From assembly GCA_964607485.1 (NCBI GenBank), contig CAZSKP010000032.1, positions 1 through 50,023 on the forward strand: DNA of 50,023 bases, in the 5' to 3' direction. Shown one piece after another: positions 28,112 to 36,942 of the stretch. The position numbers and the translations under genes are program-made. The notes under the pieces are model-generated. The model had not been told where the DNA came from, ran no database searches, and saw nothing but the letters and a program-made list of their open reading frames with translations. The stretch is from an uncultured bacterium (GTDB lineage Bacteria > Abyssobacteria > SURF-5). The first letter of the stretch is position 1. Every line of letters begins with the position of its first letter.

Positions 28112-28759
28112 TCAAACAATCTCCTTCAGCGCGGCAATCGTTTCCTCGGGGTCGGGTCGGACTGTGTAGTCAGGGTTTATCTCCGCATAGCGAATAACTC
28201 CATCCTTGTCGATGATGAGCATCGTCGGCATGGGAAGAGTCCAGGAGTCGTCTCCGTTGTACTCATCGAGGTTTATCTTAAATTGCTGGTATATGCCTTT
28301 AAGGTCGTCGGGCAGCTTGAACCGGATTCCGTACCGCTTGGCCATCTCGTTTCCGGGATCGCTGAGGATATCTATCTCCAGTCCCTTCTCCTCTTTGATG
28401 GCTCGGTTGTGCTTTTCCAGTTGAGGGGCGATGAGCACGAGCGACGCTCCAAGTTCCTCGATCTCCGAGACCTTCTCTGCGAGAGCTTCCAGCTCCGCGT
28501 TGCAGTATGGTCACCAGCGCCCCCGGTAGAAACCCAGGACCACTGGTCCCTTCGAGAGCAATTGGCTCAGTGAGACCTCCTGGCCAGTGGTGTTTCTCAG
28601 TGTGAAGTCGGGCGCTTTGTCTCCCACCTTCACGGCGAGGTCCAGTATCCCCGAGTTCCGCAGGTCATCGGTTGCACGGTGCATGATTTCCAGTGCTTCC
28701 GGCGGTACTTGCTTCTCGAAGTTCTTCCTGAATGCGTCCAGTTTTTCCTGCAGTTTCAT
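28112..28759 (-). CDS. peroxiredoxin-like AhpC/TSA family selenoprotein (UxxC), 215 aa
   Basis: ORFs 28511..28804 and 28112..28438 are one frame joined through TGA: FYRGRW-U-PYCNAELEAL. SD AGGAGG precedes ATG 28759, and a hairpin follows the UGA. Confidence 0.9.
28477..28505 (-). promoter_or_regulatory. bacterial SECIS-like hairpin
   Basis: Directly 3' of UGA: CTGC-AAC-GCG-GAGCT GGA AGCTC-TC-GCAG, with a G-containing apical loop ~20 nt from the UGA. Confidence 0.65.
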
Positions 28760-28945
28760 GGCTCCCTCCTTTTCCCGGTCCAGGATATAGTTAATTCTAT
28801 CCAAGAATCGATCGGGCTGCTACACCCTTTCATAGCCATGTTAGCCGGAAGCACTCCGAATCTGAAGACTGTATAACGAATTCTGGACTTGCCCGGGAGG
28901 ATAATTGAGAGGGGGGATGGGTGGTGGATGCACTCTTGGGGTTTC

Positions 28946-29788
28946 TCAAAACCTGTACCAAGTGCCCGGCTCGAACTCCTGAAACCGCACGTTATGCTCC
29001 TCAAATAATTTTCTGACTTTCTCCACGTCCGCCGTCTGCGCGCCTCTTATCAGCGGATCATGATGCTGCGGCACAATGATTTCAGCGCCCGAAGCCAGCC
29101 CGAATTCAACCGTCTGTTCTTCCATCCCTTTGAGCGTGTTTCCGGCGAGCACCTGAAGGAGCGTGATATATGCTCTGGCGTTCTTGGCGACTTCAATGAG
29201 GGACGAGTCGGGATACGAACCCGCCATGTAGATCCGCTTTCCCCCATCGACCTCGAGCACGAAATTCAGGTGCTCGCCCTGCGGGTATTTCAACATCCAT
29301 TCCTTCAATTGGTCCGGCGGCGAGACCGCGGACCCTAGGGACGCTTCGAGCGCCAACTGCATCGCCTTGTCGAAATCGCCGTCGGCATCTTCAAACAGGT
29401 CGCCGCCCGTGATTCGCTGATACGAGGCCACAAAATCCACGTGCACACCGTGAACGATTTCCGCGCGCACGGCGTCTCTTTCGACGACGTCACCGACCGT
29501 AACATGGGTGAAGCGCTCCGGGTCGATGTCCTGGTGTTCGGCCACCGCGGCTGCAACCTCTTGAGTGCAGAATATTTCAGGATTGAACCTCTTGACCAGT
29601 TTCCCCACATCCAGGACGTGATCGTAATGCCCGTGCGTTATGAAAATGTAGTCACATCCCTCGATTCGGTCCGATGTGAACGGCACGCTGACCGAATCAT
29701 CGACATACGGGTCGATGACGATACTCTTCTTGCCCACCGTCTGTATCTCAAAACATGCGGTACCCAGCCACTTGATTTCAAACGGCAT
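28946..29788 (-). CDS. MBL-fold metal-dependent hydrolase (UlaG/UPF0173-like)
   Basis: WLGTACF, IDPY, ITHGHYDH, VPQHHD. Confidence 0.88.
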   Translation of the reverse strand: MPFEIKWLGTACFEIQTVGKKSIVIDPYVDDSVSVPFTSDRIEGCDYIFITHGHYDHVLDVGKLVKRFNPEIFCTQEVAAAVAEHQDIDPERFTHVTVGDVVERDAVRAEIVHGVHVDFVASYQRITGGDLFEDADGDFDKAMQLALEASLGSAVSPPDQLKEWMLKYPQGEHLNFVLEVDGGKRIYMAGSYPDSSLIEVAKNARAYITLLQVLAGNTLKGMEEQTVEFGLASGAEIIVPQHHDPLIRGAQTADVEKVRKLFEEHNVRFQEFEPGTWYRF

Positions 29789-29835
29789 TGTGACTCCTCC
29801 TCAATATTCCGACCTGACCACCATTTGTTTCAGAC

Positions 29836-31170
29836 TTAGTCCGGCGTCATGGCTTTCATGAACGGTTTGAAAATCATGCTCCTGTAGAGTTCGCCCGGGA
29901 AGGGGATCTGTTTGGTCCTGCCGCACATGTATCGCATGTCTTCATCGGGATGGCCGCTTATTCCGCACGCCGAAAGGTAGCCGGTGTTATGACCGGGCAT
30001 TATTCCCAGTCCATTGAAGGCGGCGGCCACATGGATGTTTTCGCCCATGACGGGTCCCGATACCTCACGCACCCTCAGTGTGTGGCCGGTCACGCCGTGC
30101 CAGCCATGCACAAGATCGACATCCGCGACCCATGGATAGCGCTGCTCGAACATTTTCTTCGCCAGGTTTCGGGCTTCGTCTATATCTTTCCACACGCATG
30201 AATTGAAGCTTGCGTATCCGAGCACGATCCGGACGCAGAAATGACCGCTTGGGGTCAAGAAGGTTGTGACCGGCAGAATCGACCTCTCGAATCTCAGCGG
30301 CCACCTGTCCAGGCCGAAGCCGCTGATTTCTTCCTCCGTCAGTTGCCGCGTGGCAAATGAGTATTGATGCACCGGGAACATTACGGTCTTGAGGAATCCA
30401 AGTCGAGGTGTGTAGGCGTTCGTGGCTATAAGAACACTCTTCGCTCGCACTCTGCCGCCGGACGTAACGAGTTCGGCCGGCTTGCCCTTCTTCACCTGCA
30501 ACACGAGCGAATTCTCGTACAATTCCACGCCTACACGTCGCGCCGCTTTCGCGTGGCCGGCAACGAGCTTGGCTGGATGAACCGTGTAATAACCGGGCAA
30601 CTCCACCGCCCCCGAATAGTATCTGGTGTGAGCGCCCCCGCTCAGCTCTTCGGCTGGAATCCATTTCGACCCTGCCTCCATCGAGGCTCGTGCCCTGTTT
30701 GCGGACCGCCTGGAGACGTAAAGTTCGATGGTCGGGCTGGGCCTGAGGTCGCAGTCTATTCCCTCTTCGTCAATGAAGCGACTCAGCCGGTCGAAGCCAC
30801 GCTGCGGCATCTCCTCATCATCGAGTCCCCAATAGCGCGCATAGACTGCGCCGGAATTGCGCGAGCTCGCGCCCGAACCGAGTCGATGCGATTCCAGCAC
30901 GACCACGGACCAATCGGGTCGAAGCTTCTTGGCGTAATAGGCGCATGAGAGGCCGGTGTAACCGCCGCCGATTATCGCCAGGTCGGCTGTGCGCTCGCCT
31001 TCGAGCCGGGGCGCGGGTTGGATGGGTGTCGATTCGGAAGCCCAGAGGCTCTCTGCACGCGTTCCCCCTGTTTCGACACCCCTGTCGCCCATAATTATTC
31101 CGGCGATGCCGGGCACCGCCAGCACGCCGGCTCCGGCGCCAATCGCAAGCAAGAGTTGTGGTGACAACAT
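29836..31170 (-). CDS. FAD-dependent oxidoreductase (DAO/PuuB-like) with N-terminal hydrophobic anchor
   Basis: IIGGGYTGLS, GASSRNSG, ATNAYT, FNGLGI. ATG 31170 follows AAGGA; the ORF track starts at 31224. Confidence 0.87.
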   Translation of the reverse strand: MLSPQLLLAIGAGAGVLAVPGIAGIIMGDRGVETGGTRAESLWASESTPIQPAPRLEGERTADLAIIGGGYTGLSCAYYAKKLRPDWSVVVLESHRLGSGASSRNSGAVYARYWGLDDEEMPQRGFDRLSRFIDEEGIDCDLRPSPTIELYVSRRSANRARASMEAGSKWIPAEELSGGAHTRYYSGAVELPGYYTVHPAKLVAGHAKAARRVGVELYENSLVLQVKKGKPAELVTSGGRVRAKSVLIATNAYTPRLGFLKTVMFPVHQYSFATRQLTEEEISGFGLDRWPLRFERSILPVTTFLTPSGHFCVRIVLGYASFNSCVWKDIDEARNLAKKMFEQRYPWVADVDLVHGWHGVTGHTLRVREVSGPVMGENIHVAAAFNGLGIMPGHNTGYLSACGISGHPDEDMRYMCGRTKQIPFPGELYRSMIFKPFMKAMTPD

Positions 31171-31478
31171 CGGTTGGCTGGTCCTTTCAAGAAGATCGGG
31201 AACAAGGCTTGGAGACAGCGGCATCGTGAGAGCGACTCGGATGTTCCCAAGTATAGAGCAACAGGTCGAAAATTATCAAGGACAACGCGAGACGGTGCGC
31301 ATGTCGCAATCGCCATTTTGTGTCGAGGACCGCTCAAATTGGAGACCGTCTCGTACGAAAATGTGTCGCAGGAATGCCAGTGCAGAGGTGAGAGCATCAA
31401 GCGGTCGTTTCCTTAAAACGAACGCAATGAATTGGTTATGGCCGCCGGGTTGCGGAGGCTCGTTCGGTTCGTAGAGCT

Positions 31479-31494
31479 TGGCACAGAAAATGCC
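31479..31494 (+). promoter_or_regulatory. putative sigma54 promoter of the HDOD gene
   Basis: TGGCACAGAAAATGCC (TGGCAC, GG-N10-GC), ~110 nt upstream of the start. Confidence 0.55.
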
Positions 31495-31605
31495 AATACC
31501 TACACAAACTTCGGGCGCGTATGCGGTCTGAACCGTTGCATAATCGATGTTTCCCTCGTGGCGTCATACCCAACACTGAGACGAAAAGAGACCGGAGGTT
31601 GTGTC

Positions 31606-32478
31606 GTGAACCGAAGAGATGAAATCCTGCCGAAAGTATTTACCATCGAGTCGATGCCGGCCGTGGCCGCCGAAGCGGCGGGGCTTCTGTTGGACCCCAA
31701 ATCGGACATGTCGGACATCGTGCAGGCTATCGAGTACGACCCCGGCCTGACATCGAATCTTCTGCGGATGGCCAACTCCGCGTACTACGCATTTCGTGAG
31801 CCGATAGGCTCAATCAGGGACGCCATAGTGCGCCTGGGCACAAATCAGATTTACCAAATGATTGTGTCGTGGGGATTCTCCTCGATGGCGCAGCAGAGTG
31901 TGCCCGGCTACAGACTCAGCGCCGGCAAACTGTGGGAGCATTCGATCGGCGTCGCCGTGGGAGCCGAACAGATCGCAACGCAATTGCGGCTCAGGTCGAC
32001 GGACCATGCTTTCACGGCGGGGTTGCTTCACGACGTGGGCAAAATAGTGCTTGGAACGTTTGTGGAAGTGGATATCAATTCCATCCTGGAGATAGTGAAT
32101 CGGGAAAAGGTCACCTTTGAAGTGGCCGAACAGCAGGTGCTGGGGATCGACCATGCCGAAACGGGCGCGACTCTGCTCGAGCACTGGAATCTTCCCGCAC
32201 CCGTGGTTGAGGCGGCTCAGTGGCACCATCAGCCGGAAATCCTCACGGACGAGTCGCTCGTGGTTGACCTAGTTCACGTCGCGGACACGATGTGCCTGAT
32301 GGGCGGAGTCGGCGCGGGGATGGACGGGAACCACTACAACACTTCACCCAAGATAATCTCGCGACTGAACCTTTCGGACATAATAACGGATAATATCATC
32401 TCGGAGATTCTCGGCAAATTGGACGCAGTGTGCGGGCTCTTTGCCGCTGACGGCGAGAATGTCCGAAGGGGAGTATAG
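31606..32478 (+). CDS. HDOD domain protein
   Basis: DPGLTSNLLRMANSAYY, AIVRLG, LWEHS, GLLHDVGK, DHAETG, WNLP. GTG start after GGAGG. Confidence 0.92.
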   Translation: MNRRDEILPKVFTIESMPAVAAEAAGLLLDPKSDMSDIVQAIEYDPGLTSNLLRMANSAYYAFREPIGSIRDAIVRLGTNQIYQMIVSWGFSSMAQQSVPGYRLSAGKLWEHSIGVAVGAEQIATQLRLRSTDHAFTAGLLHDVGKIVLGTFVEVDINSILEIVNREKVTFEVAEQQVLGIDHAETGATLLEHWNLPAPVVEAAQWHHQPEILTDESLVVDLVHVADTMCLMGGVGAGMDGNHYNTSPKIISRLNLSDIITDNIISEILGKLDAVCGLFAADGENVRRGV

Positions 32479-32608
32479 CTCTGCTTTCTTCTTCTCTTTT
32501 GGCTGTGCCTCTGTCGCGCCCTACAGGTGCGAATATACTCAATCTATAGATCAACAAATCTCTCACGCAAATCCGCCAAGGGATTTTCATCTTTGCATCT
32601 TGGCGAGA

Positions 32609-32646
32609 AGAGAATTAGTATCCTTTCTCCGGAATTCCGGAATTCC
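32609..32646. repeat. left imperfect inverted repeat plus (CCGGAATT)2 palindrome flanking the HsdR_N gene
   Basis: The reverse complement of 32609-32633, TCCGGAGAAAGGATACTAATTCTCT, aligns with 33611-33636 at 19/26 columns. Confidence 0.45.
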
Positions 32647-32648
32647 AA

Positions 32649-33524
32649 TCAATTGTCGGATTGACCCTTTGGTTGGACAGCCTCTTCGGAGAGTGGTGTT
32701 GCTGCAGAATTCTCCTCAGCCGACGGTTCAACACTTTCGCACTCGGTTTTCTGCGTGGGTTCTGATGCGCCCTTTTTCTTGCCTTTTTTGGGCCGCTGCT
32801 TACGTTCGGGTATGGAGATTCGGACGTTTTCCAGTTCCGTTAGAGCTGTTTCATTCAAGAGACGTCGCACCCCTGACACGATTTCCTCTGGAGAAAGCAG
32901 AACCCCAGAATCCTTTCTCAGTTCACGTCGGAGCGCATTAAGCGAGGGCTCTGACAGTATCGCTTGCAGCAAGTTGCGAGGGTGCAAGACATTTGTCTTT
33001 TGCCAGAGATCGTCCAATCCGGCTTTCTTCACATTCTTGTATGAGATTATTTCAAATCGCTTTGCCAGAACACCGATGTCATCGGTAAGAATATTCCATG
33101 CGTGAATGAGCTTAGTAACTGGAGGTTGTCCAAATGAAACGTGATATAATCTCCATTCTTTGGAATTGGTCAGAAGAATCCATTCGGATCCAGCGTTGAT
33201 GGCGTAAGATGATACCTGCTTCAGATGTTTTGGGGCAAGATCGACACAAACACGTTTGATTTCAACCATGATCTCTGGTTTGGCGGTATCTCCCTCGTCC
33301 AATTGAATCGCGAAGTCAACGTGTTCCGTTTCTCCTGCTCCGCGTACGGCGCGTTCCCGCGACATGTGTTTAAAAGCGTCATACCCCATGAGCGACTCAA
33401 AAATCCTTTCGATACGGCGTCTGGTTTCTGCCTCATTGCAGTCGGCCTTTTCCGCCGCTTGGATCATGGACCGAGCATCCAGAATTCTTCTCTTGGTTTC
33501 CTTGTCCAATGCTGTGCGTGGCAT
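32649..33524 (-). CDS. stand-alone type I restriction HsdR N-terminal-domain (PD-(D/E)xK nuclease) protein
   Basis: NEAETR, GYD, E...VDFAI...VEIKR, QVSSYA, WILLTN..W. ATG 33524 after GAGGAGG. No helicase domain. Confidence 0.82.
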   Translation of the reverse strand: MPRTALDKETKRRILDARSMIQAAEKADCNEAETRRRIERIFESLMGYDAFKHMSRERAVRGAGETEHVDFAIQLDEGDTAKPEIMVEIKRVCVDLAPKHLKQVSSYAINAGSEWILLTNSKEWRLYHVSFGQPPVTKLIHAWNILTDDIGVLAKRFEIISYKNVKKAGLDDLWQKTNVLHPRNLLQAILSEPSLNALRRELRKDSGVLLSPEEIVSGVRRLLNETALTELENVRISIPERKQRPKKGKKKGASEPTQKTECESVEPSAEENSAATPLSEEAVQPKGQSDN

Positions 33525-33610
33525 ACCTACCTCCTCTTTCTTTCGTGTGCAATAGTGAGAATACACTCTGGACAATTCCGAGAAGCAACAGAAATCCGGC
33601 GGAGTCCAAA

Positions 33611-33636
33611 TCCGGGGATATAATTCCGAATTCTCT
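33611..33636. repeat. right imperfect inverted repeat flanking the HsdR_N gene
   Basis: TCCGGGGATATAATTCCGAATTCTCT, partner of 32609-32633. Confidence 0.45.
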
Positions 33637-33797
33637 GAAACGGTAGTATATCAGAAAGCACCGATTTTTTCATCAGCTAACCTAGAGAAAAATGAATAAA
33701 ATTCTTGTTCGCGAGCCTGAGAATTCTGAAATGGAGGCGGTGGGTAGGCGAGGGGTGAGGTTAAGTGAAGCCGCCAGACGACTTCAGACAACCAAAT

Positions 33798-33830
33798 CGT
33801 TTTTCTCTTTTTCCGTGAAAAGAGAAAACG
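33798..33830 (-). terminator. hairpin downstream of ino1, possible terminator
   Basis: CGTTTTTCTCTTTTT-CCGTG-AAAAGAGAAAACG inverted repeat ~30 nt after the stop. Confidence 0.45.
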
Positions 33831-33862
33831 AAGAGGAAAAGAATTAAGGAAAGCGCTTCTGC

Positions 33863-34990
33863 TCAGAGCGATTTGGGTTTGACTTTTTTTTCTCCCGCTA
33901 TAAACTTCTCGAGCATCTGTCTTGCCAGGGTGTCGGGGAACTGCTGGGGCGGGTGTTTCATGAGGTAGGCCGACACGTGGAGCAGCGGACCCGACAGCTC
34001 CCTGTCCAACGCCAGCTTGCAGCAGCGTATGGCGTCTATCACGACGCCGGCTGAATTGGGGGAATCCTCGACGCTGAGCCTCAGTTCGAGCGTGACGGGC
34101 ACATCGCCGAATTTGCGACCCTCCATCCTTATAAAGCAAATCTTGTTGTCCTTCTGCCACGGGACGTAATCGCTGGGGCCGATGTGGATGTTTTCCTCGT
34201 CGAGCGGGGAGGGGAGCTGCGACTGAACGGCCTCCGTCTTGCTGATCTTCTTGCTCTTCAGCCGGGACCGCTCGAGCAGGTTGAGAAAGTCGGTGTTGCC
34301 GCCCGTGTTAAGCTGATATGTGCGGTCGATCTTCACGCCCCTGTCGGAGAAGAGCTTCGCCAGCGTTCGGTGCGTTATGGTCGCGCCTACCTGCGATTTT
34401 ACGTCGTCGCCCACGACGGGCAGCCCTCTGTCCGCGAATCTCCCCGCCCACACGGGGTCGGAGGCTATGAAGACGGGCATGCAGTTTATTAGTGCGCAGC
34501 CGGCCTCGAGGCATGCGCGGGCATAGTACTCCGTCGCCTCCTGCGAACCCACGGGAAGATAGTTGAGCAGCATGTGCGCTCCCGTTTCCCTGAGCACCTC
34601 TGCGGCGTCCACGGGGGCGCGTTTCGAGAGAACGAAGCGTCTGCCGGCAGGGTATTCCTTCATGTGTTTCGCCACGCCGTCGAGTACGGGTCCCATCTGA
34701 ACCTCGACATCCAGCGGGGGAACGTCCTCGTGGAAAACCGTCGTACAGTTGGGCGGGGCAAAGATGGCCTCCGAGAGGTCTTTGCCGACCTTTCTCGCGT
34801 CAACGTCGAATGCGGCCACGGGCTTGATGTCGGATATCTTGTAACCCCCGAGCACGTTGTGCATCAGGCCCGGCACCGTATCGTCGTTCGAATCCACGTC
34901 TCTGTAGTAGTACAACCCCTGTACGAGAGCGCTTGCACAGTTGCCGACACCAACGAGAGCTATCCGAACGTCGCCATCCATAACATACAT
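33863..34990 (-). CDS. ino1: myo-inositol-1-phosphate synthase
   Basis: [59 protein letters not shown]. Confidence 0.96.
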   Translation of the reverse strand: MYVMDGDVRIALVGVGNCASALVQGLYYYRDVDSNDDTVPGLMHNVLGGYKISDIKPVAAFDVDARKVGKDLSEAIFAPPNCTTVFHEDVPPLDVEVQMGPVLDGVAKHMKEYPAGRRFVLSKRAPVDAAEVLRETGAHMLLNYLPVGSQEATEYYARACLEAGCALINCMPVFIASDPVWAGRFADRGLPVVGDDVKSQVGATITHRTLAKLFSDRGVKIDRTYQLNTGGNTDFLNLLERSRLKSKKISKTEAVQSQLPSPLDEENIHIGPSDYVPWQKDNKICFIRMEGRKFGDVPVTLELRLSVEDSPNSAGVVIDAIRCCKLALDRELSGPLLHVSAYLMKHPPQQFPDTLARQMLEKFIAGEKKVKPKSL

Positions 34991-35171
34991 TCTCCTCTTC
35001 TTGAATTTCGCACTCCGGACATCCCCGAGCGGCTTGTCTCAGAATGCAAGGCGATTCCCCGGTTGCTCCCGTCGTGCCGAGTATTCGCTACTCCATCCGC
35101 GCGGCGAACGCGCCGGAAGGATTTCCATAATTATACGCCGAAGTGCTCTCTCACACGGTGGAATTAGTTGA

Positions 35172-35187
35172 GGCAAGCTTTGTGCCA
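35172..35187 (-). promoter_or_regulatory. sigma54 promoter upstream of ino1
   Basis: Minus strand TGGCACAAAGCTTGCC, near-consensus TGGCAC-N5-TTGC. Confidence 0.65.
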
Positions 35188-35548
35188 TTGCCGGAGTTTC
35201 ACAAAGCATTTCGTAAGAGTTTGACGCCAAAGGAATTCGGGCATCGGAAACCCGAAGGACTATCATAAACCCGTATGCGGAACCGCAACATGGAGATTGC
35301 ATGGTGCAAGGTATGAACGTCGCCTATGACGGTTCGCGCTCCGGTTTTTCGGCAACAGGAAGAAATATAACACAGCGCCGGAGCTTCGTCTATTCCGTGG
35401 AATCGTTTGCAATCGTTTCATCTTCTCATTCTTTTCATTTCTGCCGCTGCTTAGAGATGAGAGAAAAGGGAAAAAACAAGGACGCTCCGGGCTGACGTTG
35501 GCTGGAATTTCGGGAGGGGATGGTTTATAATTGATGTAGGTGGTACGA

Positions 35549-36478
35549 ATGCAACGGATACTCACGAGTACGAAGCGCTATTACCAATTCAGCGAATACC
35601 TGAAAGAGCGTTTCGGCTGTAAGGTTTACAAAGTCACGATCGACGCCGGGTTCACCTGCCCTAACCGCGACGGAGAGCTGGGGTGGGGAGGCTGCACATA
35701 TTGCAACAATATGGGGTTCAGCGCCAACACCCGGCATGCGCCTCTGCCCATTGCCGAGCAGGTGGAGGGGGGCATGGCCTTCATGCGGAAGAGGTACAAG
35801 GCCGAAAAGTTCATCGCGTACTTCCAGGCGTACACGAACACTTATGCACCCATCGACACCCTCCGCGCCTATTACGATGCGGCTCTCGCATTTGAAGACA
35901 TCGTGGGGCTCTCGATAGGCACTCGGCCCGACTGCGTTCCCGAGCCCGTTCTCGATATGATCAAGGGGTATCGGACGACCCACGAGGTATGGATCGAATA
36001 CGGGCTTCAGTCGATTCACGACGCGACGCTGCGGCGTGTGAACCGAGGCCACGACTACGCGGCGTTCCTCGATGCGCTTGAACGAACTCTCCGGCGGGGA
36101 TTGAAGGTGTGCGTCCACGTGATACTGGGGCTTCCGGGCGAGTCTCACGCCGACATGATGGCCACGGCACGCGCTGTGGGTCAGATGGACATCGACAGCC
36201 TGAAGATTCACCTGATGCACGTGCTCAGGAATACGCCGCTGGAGAAAGACTTATCGGAGGGACGATTCAAGCCCCTGGAGTTCGATGAGTACGTCGGCCT
36301 CGTCTGCGATTTCCTCGAATACATTCCCCCCCGAATTTCGATTCAACGACTGACCGCCGACGGCCCACGCTCGATCTTGCTCGCTCCCAAGTGGTCCACC
36401 CAGAAACGCAAGATAATCGCCGCCATCGACGCGGAGCTCGAGCGGCGCGACTCACATCAGGGTTCGCGCCTGGAGTAA
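35549..36478 (+). CDS. TIGR01212 (YhcC-like) radical SAM protein
   Basis: DAGFTCPNRDG..GGCTYC, YFQAYTNTY, GTRPDC, EYGLQS, RGH, HVILGLPGE. Confidence 0.93.
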   Translation: MQRILTSTKRYYQFSEYLKERFGCKVYKVTIDAGFTCPNRDGELGWGGCTYCNNMGFSANTRHAPLPIAEQVEGGMAFMRKRYKAEKFIAYFQAYTNTYAPIDTLRAYYDAALAFEDIVGLSIGTRPDCVPEPVLDMIKGYRTTHEVWIEYGLQSIHDATLRRVNRGHDYAAFLDALERTLRRGLKVCVHVILGLPGESHADMMATARAVGQMDIDSLKIHLMHVLRNTPLEKDLSEGRFKPLEFDEYVGLVCDFLEYIPPRISIQRLTADGPRSILLAPKWSTQKRKIIAAIDAELERRDSHQGSRLE

Positions 36479-36682
36479 GCAGAAACGACGACCGCCCCCC
36501 CTTGGTTTCTTGCGTGAAAGCCGAACACGCCTCGGCTCGGGACGCCGAGGTCGAGCCCTTCCACGGCACGCTGCCAGCCGTACTCACTGATCGAGCTCAG
36601 TTTTCCGCCGCACTAGATCGCTGAATGTCGTCCAAGAAGTACCGGTCTTTCTGTGCATGTGCGTTCGCAGGAACGAAAATAT

Positions 36683-36710
36683 TTGACAAACCTGCGAAAT
36701 ATGATATAAT
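36683..36710 (+). promoter_or_regulatory. consensus sigma70 promoter
   Basis: TTGACA-16 nt-TATAAT with an extended -10 TG. Confidence 0.85.
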
Positions 36711-36721
36711 GGCGCCACGTT

Positions 36722-36888
36722 GGTTTCTGTGGTTTCTTGCAGAAACCTCGGTTGCAGTTTTTCATTCAGAGGGTCGGCTCGCGGCCCTCCCCACACCCCA
36801 CGGAGAGGATTCCCACCCCAAGGAGAATGATGCCCCGGATTACACCCTTGGGAGGGGGAGTTGTTTCGTGGGGGCGAATAGAGGGTCG
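36722..36888 (+). ncRNA. candidate structured RNA / cis-regulatory leader of unknown family
   Basis: Hairpin GGTTTCTG/CAGAAACC, then a ~107-nt four-helix rod (36782-36888) with G-U pairs and an alternative pairing partner at 36769-36776. Confidence 0.45.
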
Positions 36889-36942
36889 ACATCGTCGGCT
36901 TCTATCTCTTACGGGGGGAATGCCGTTGCGGTTCGCGCGGCG

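Noticed and set aside
36625-36942. N-terminal 106 aa of the 1053-aa ORF
   Set aside because: It spans a consensus promoter and a structured leader. Family similarity starts near LFFLSG.
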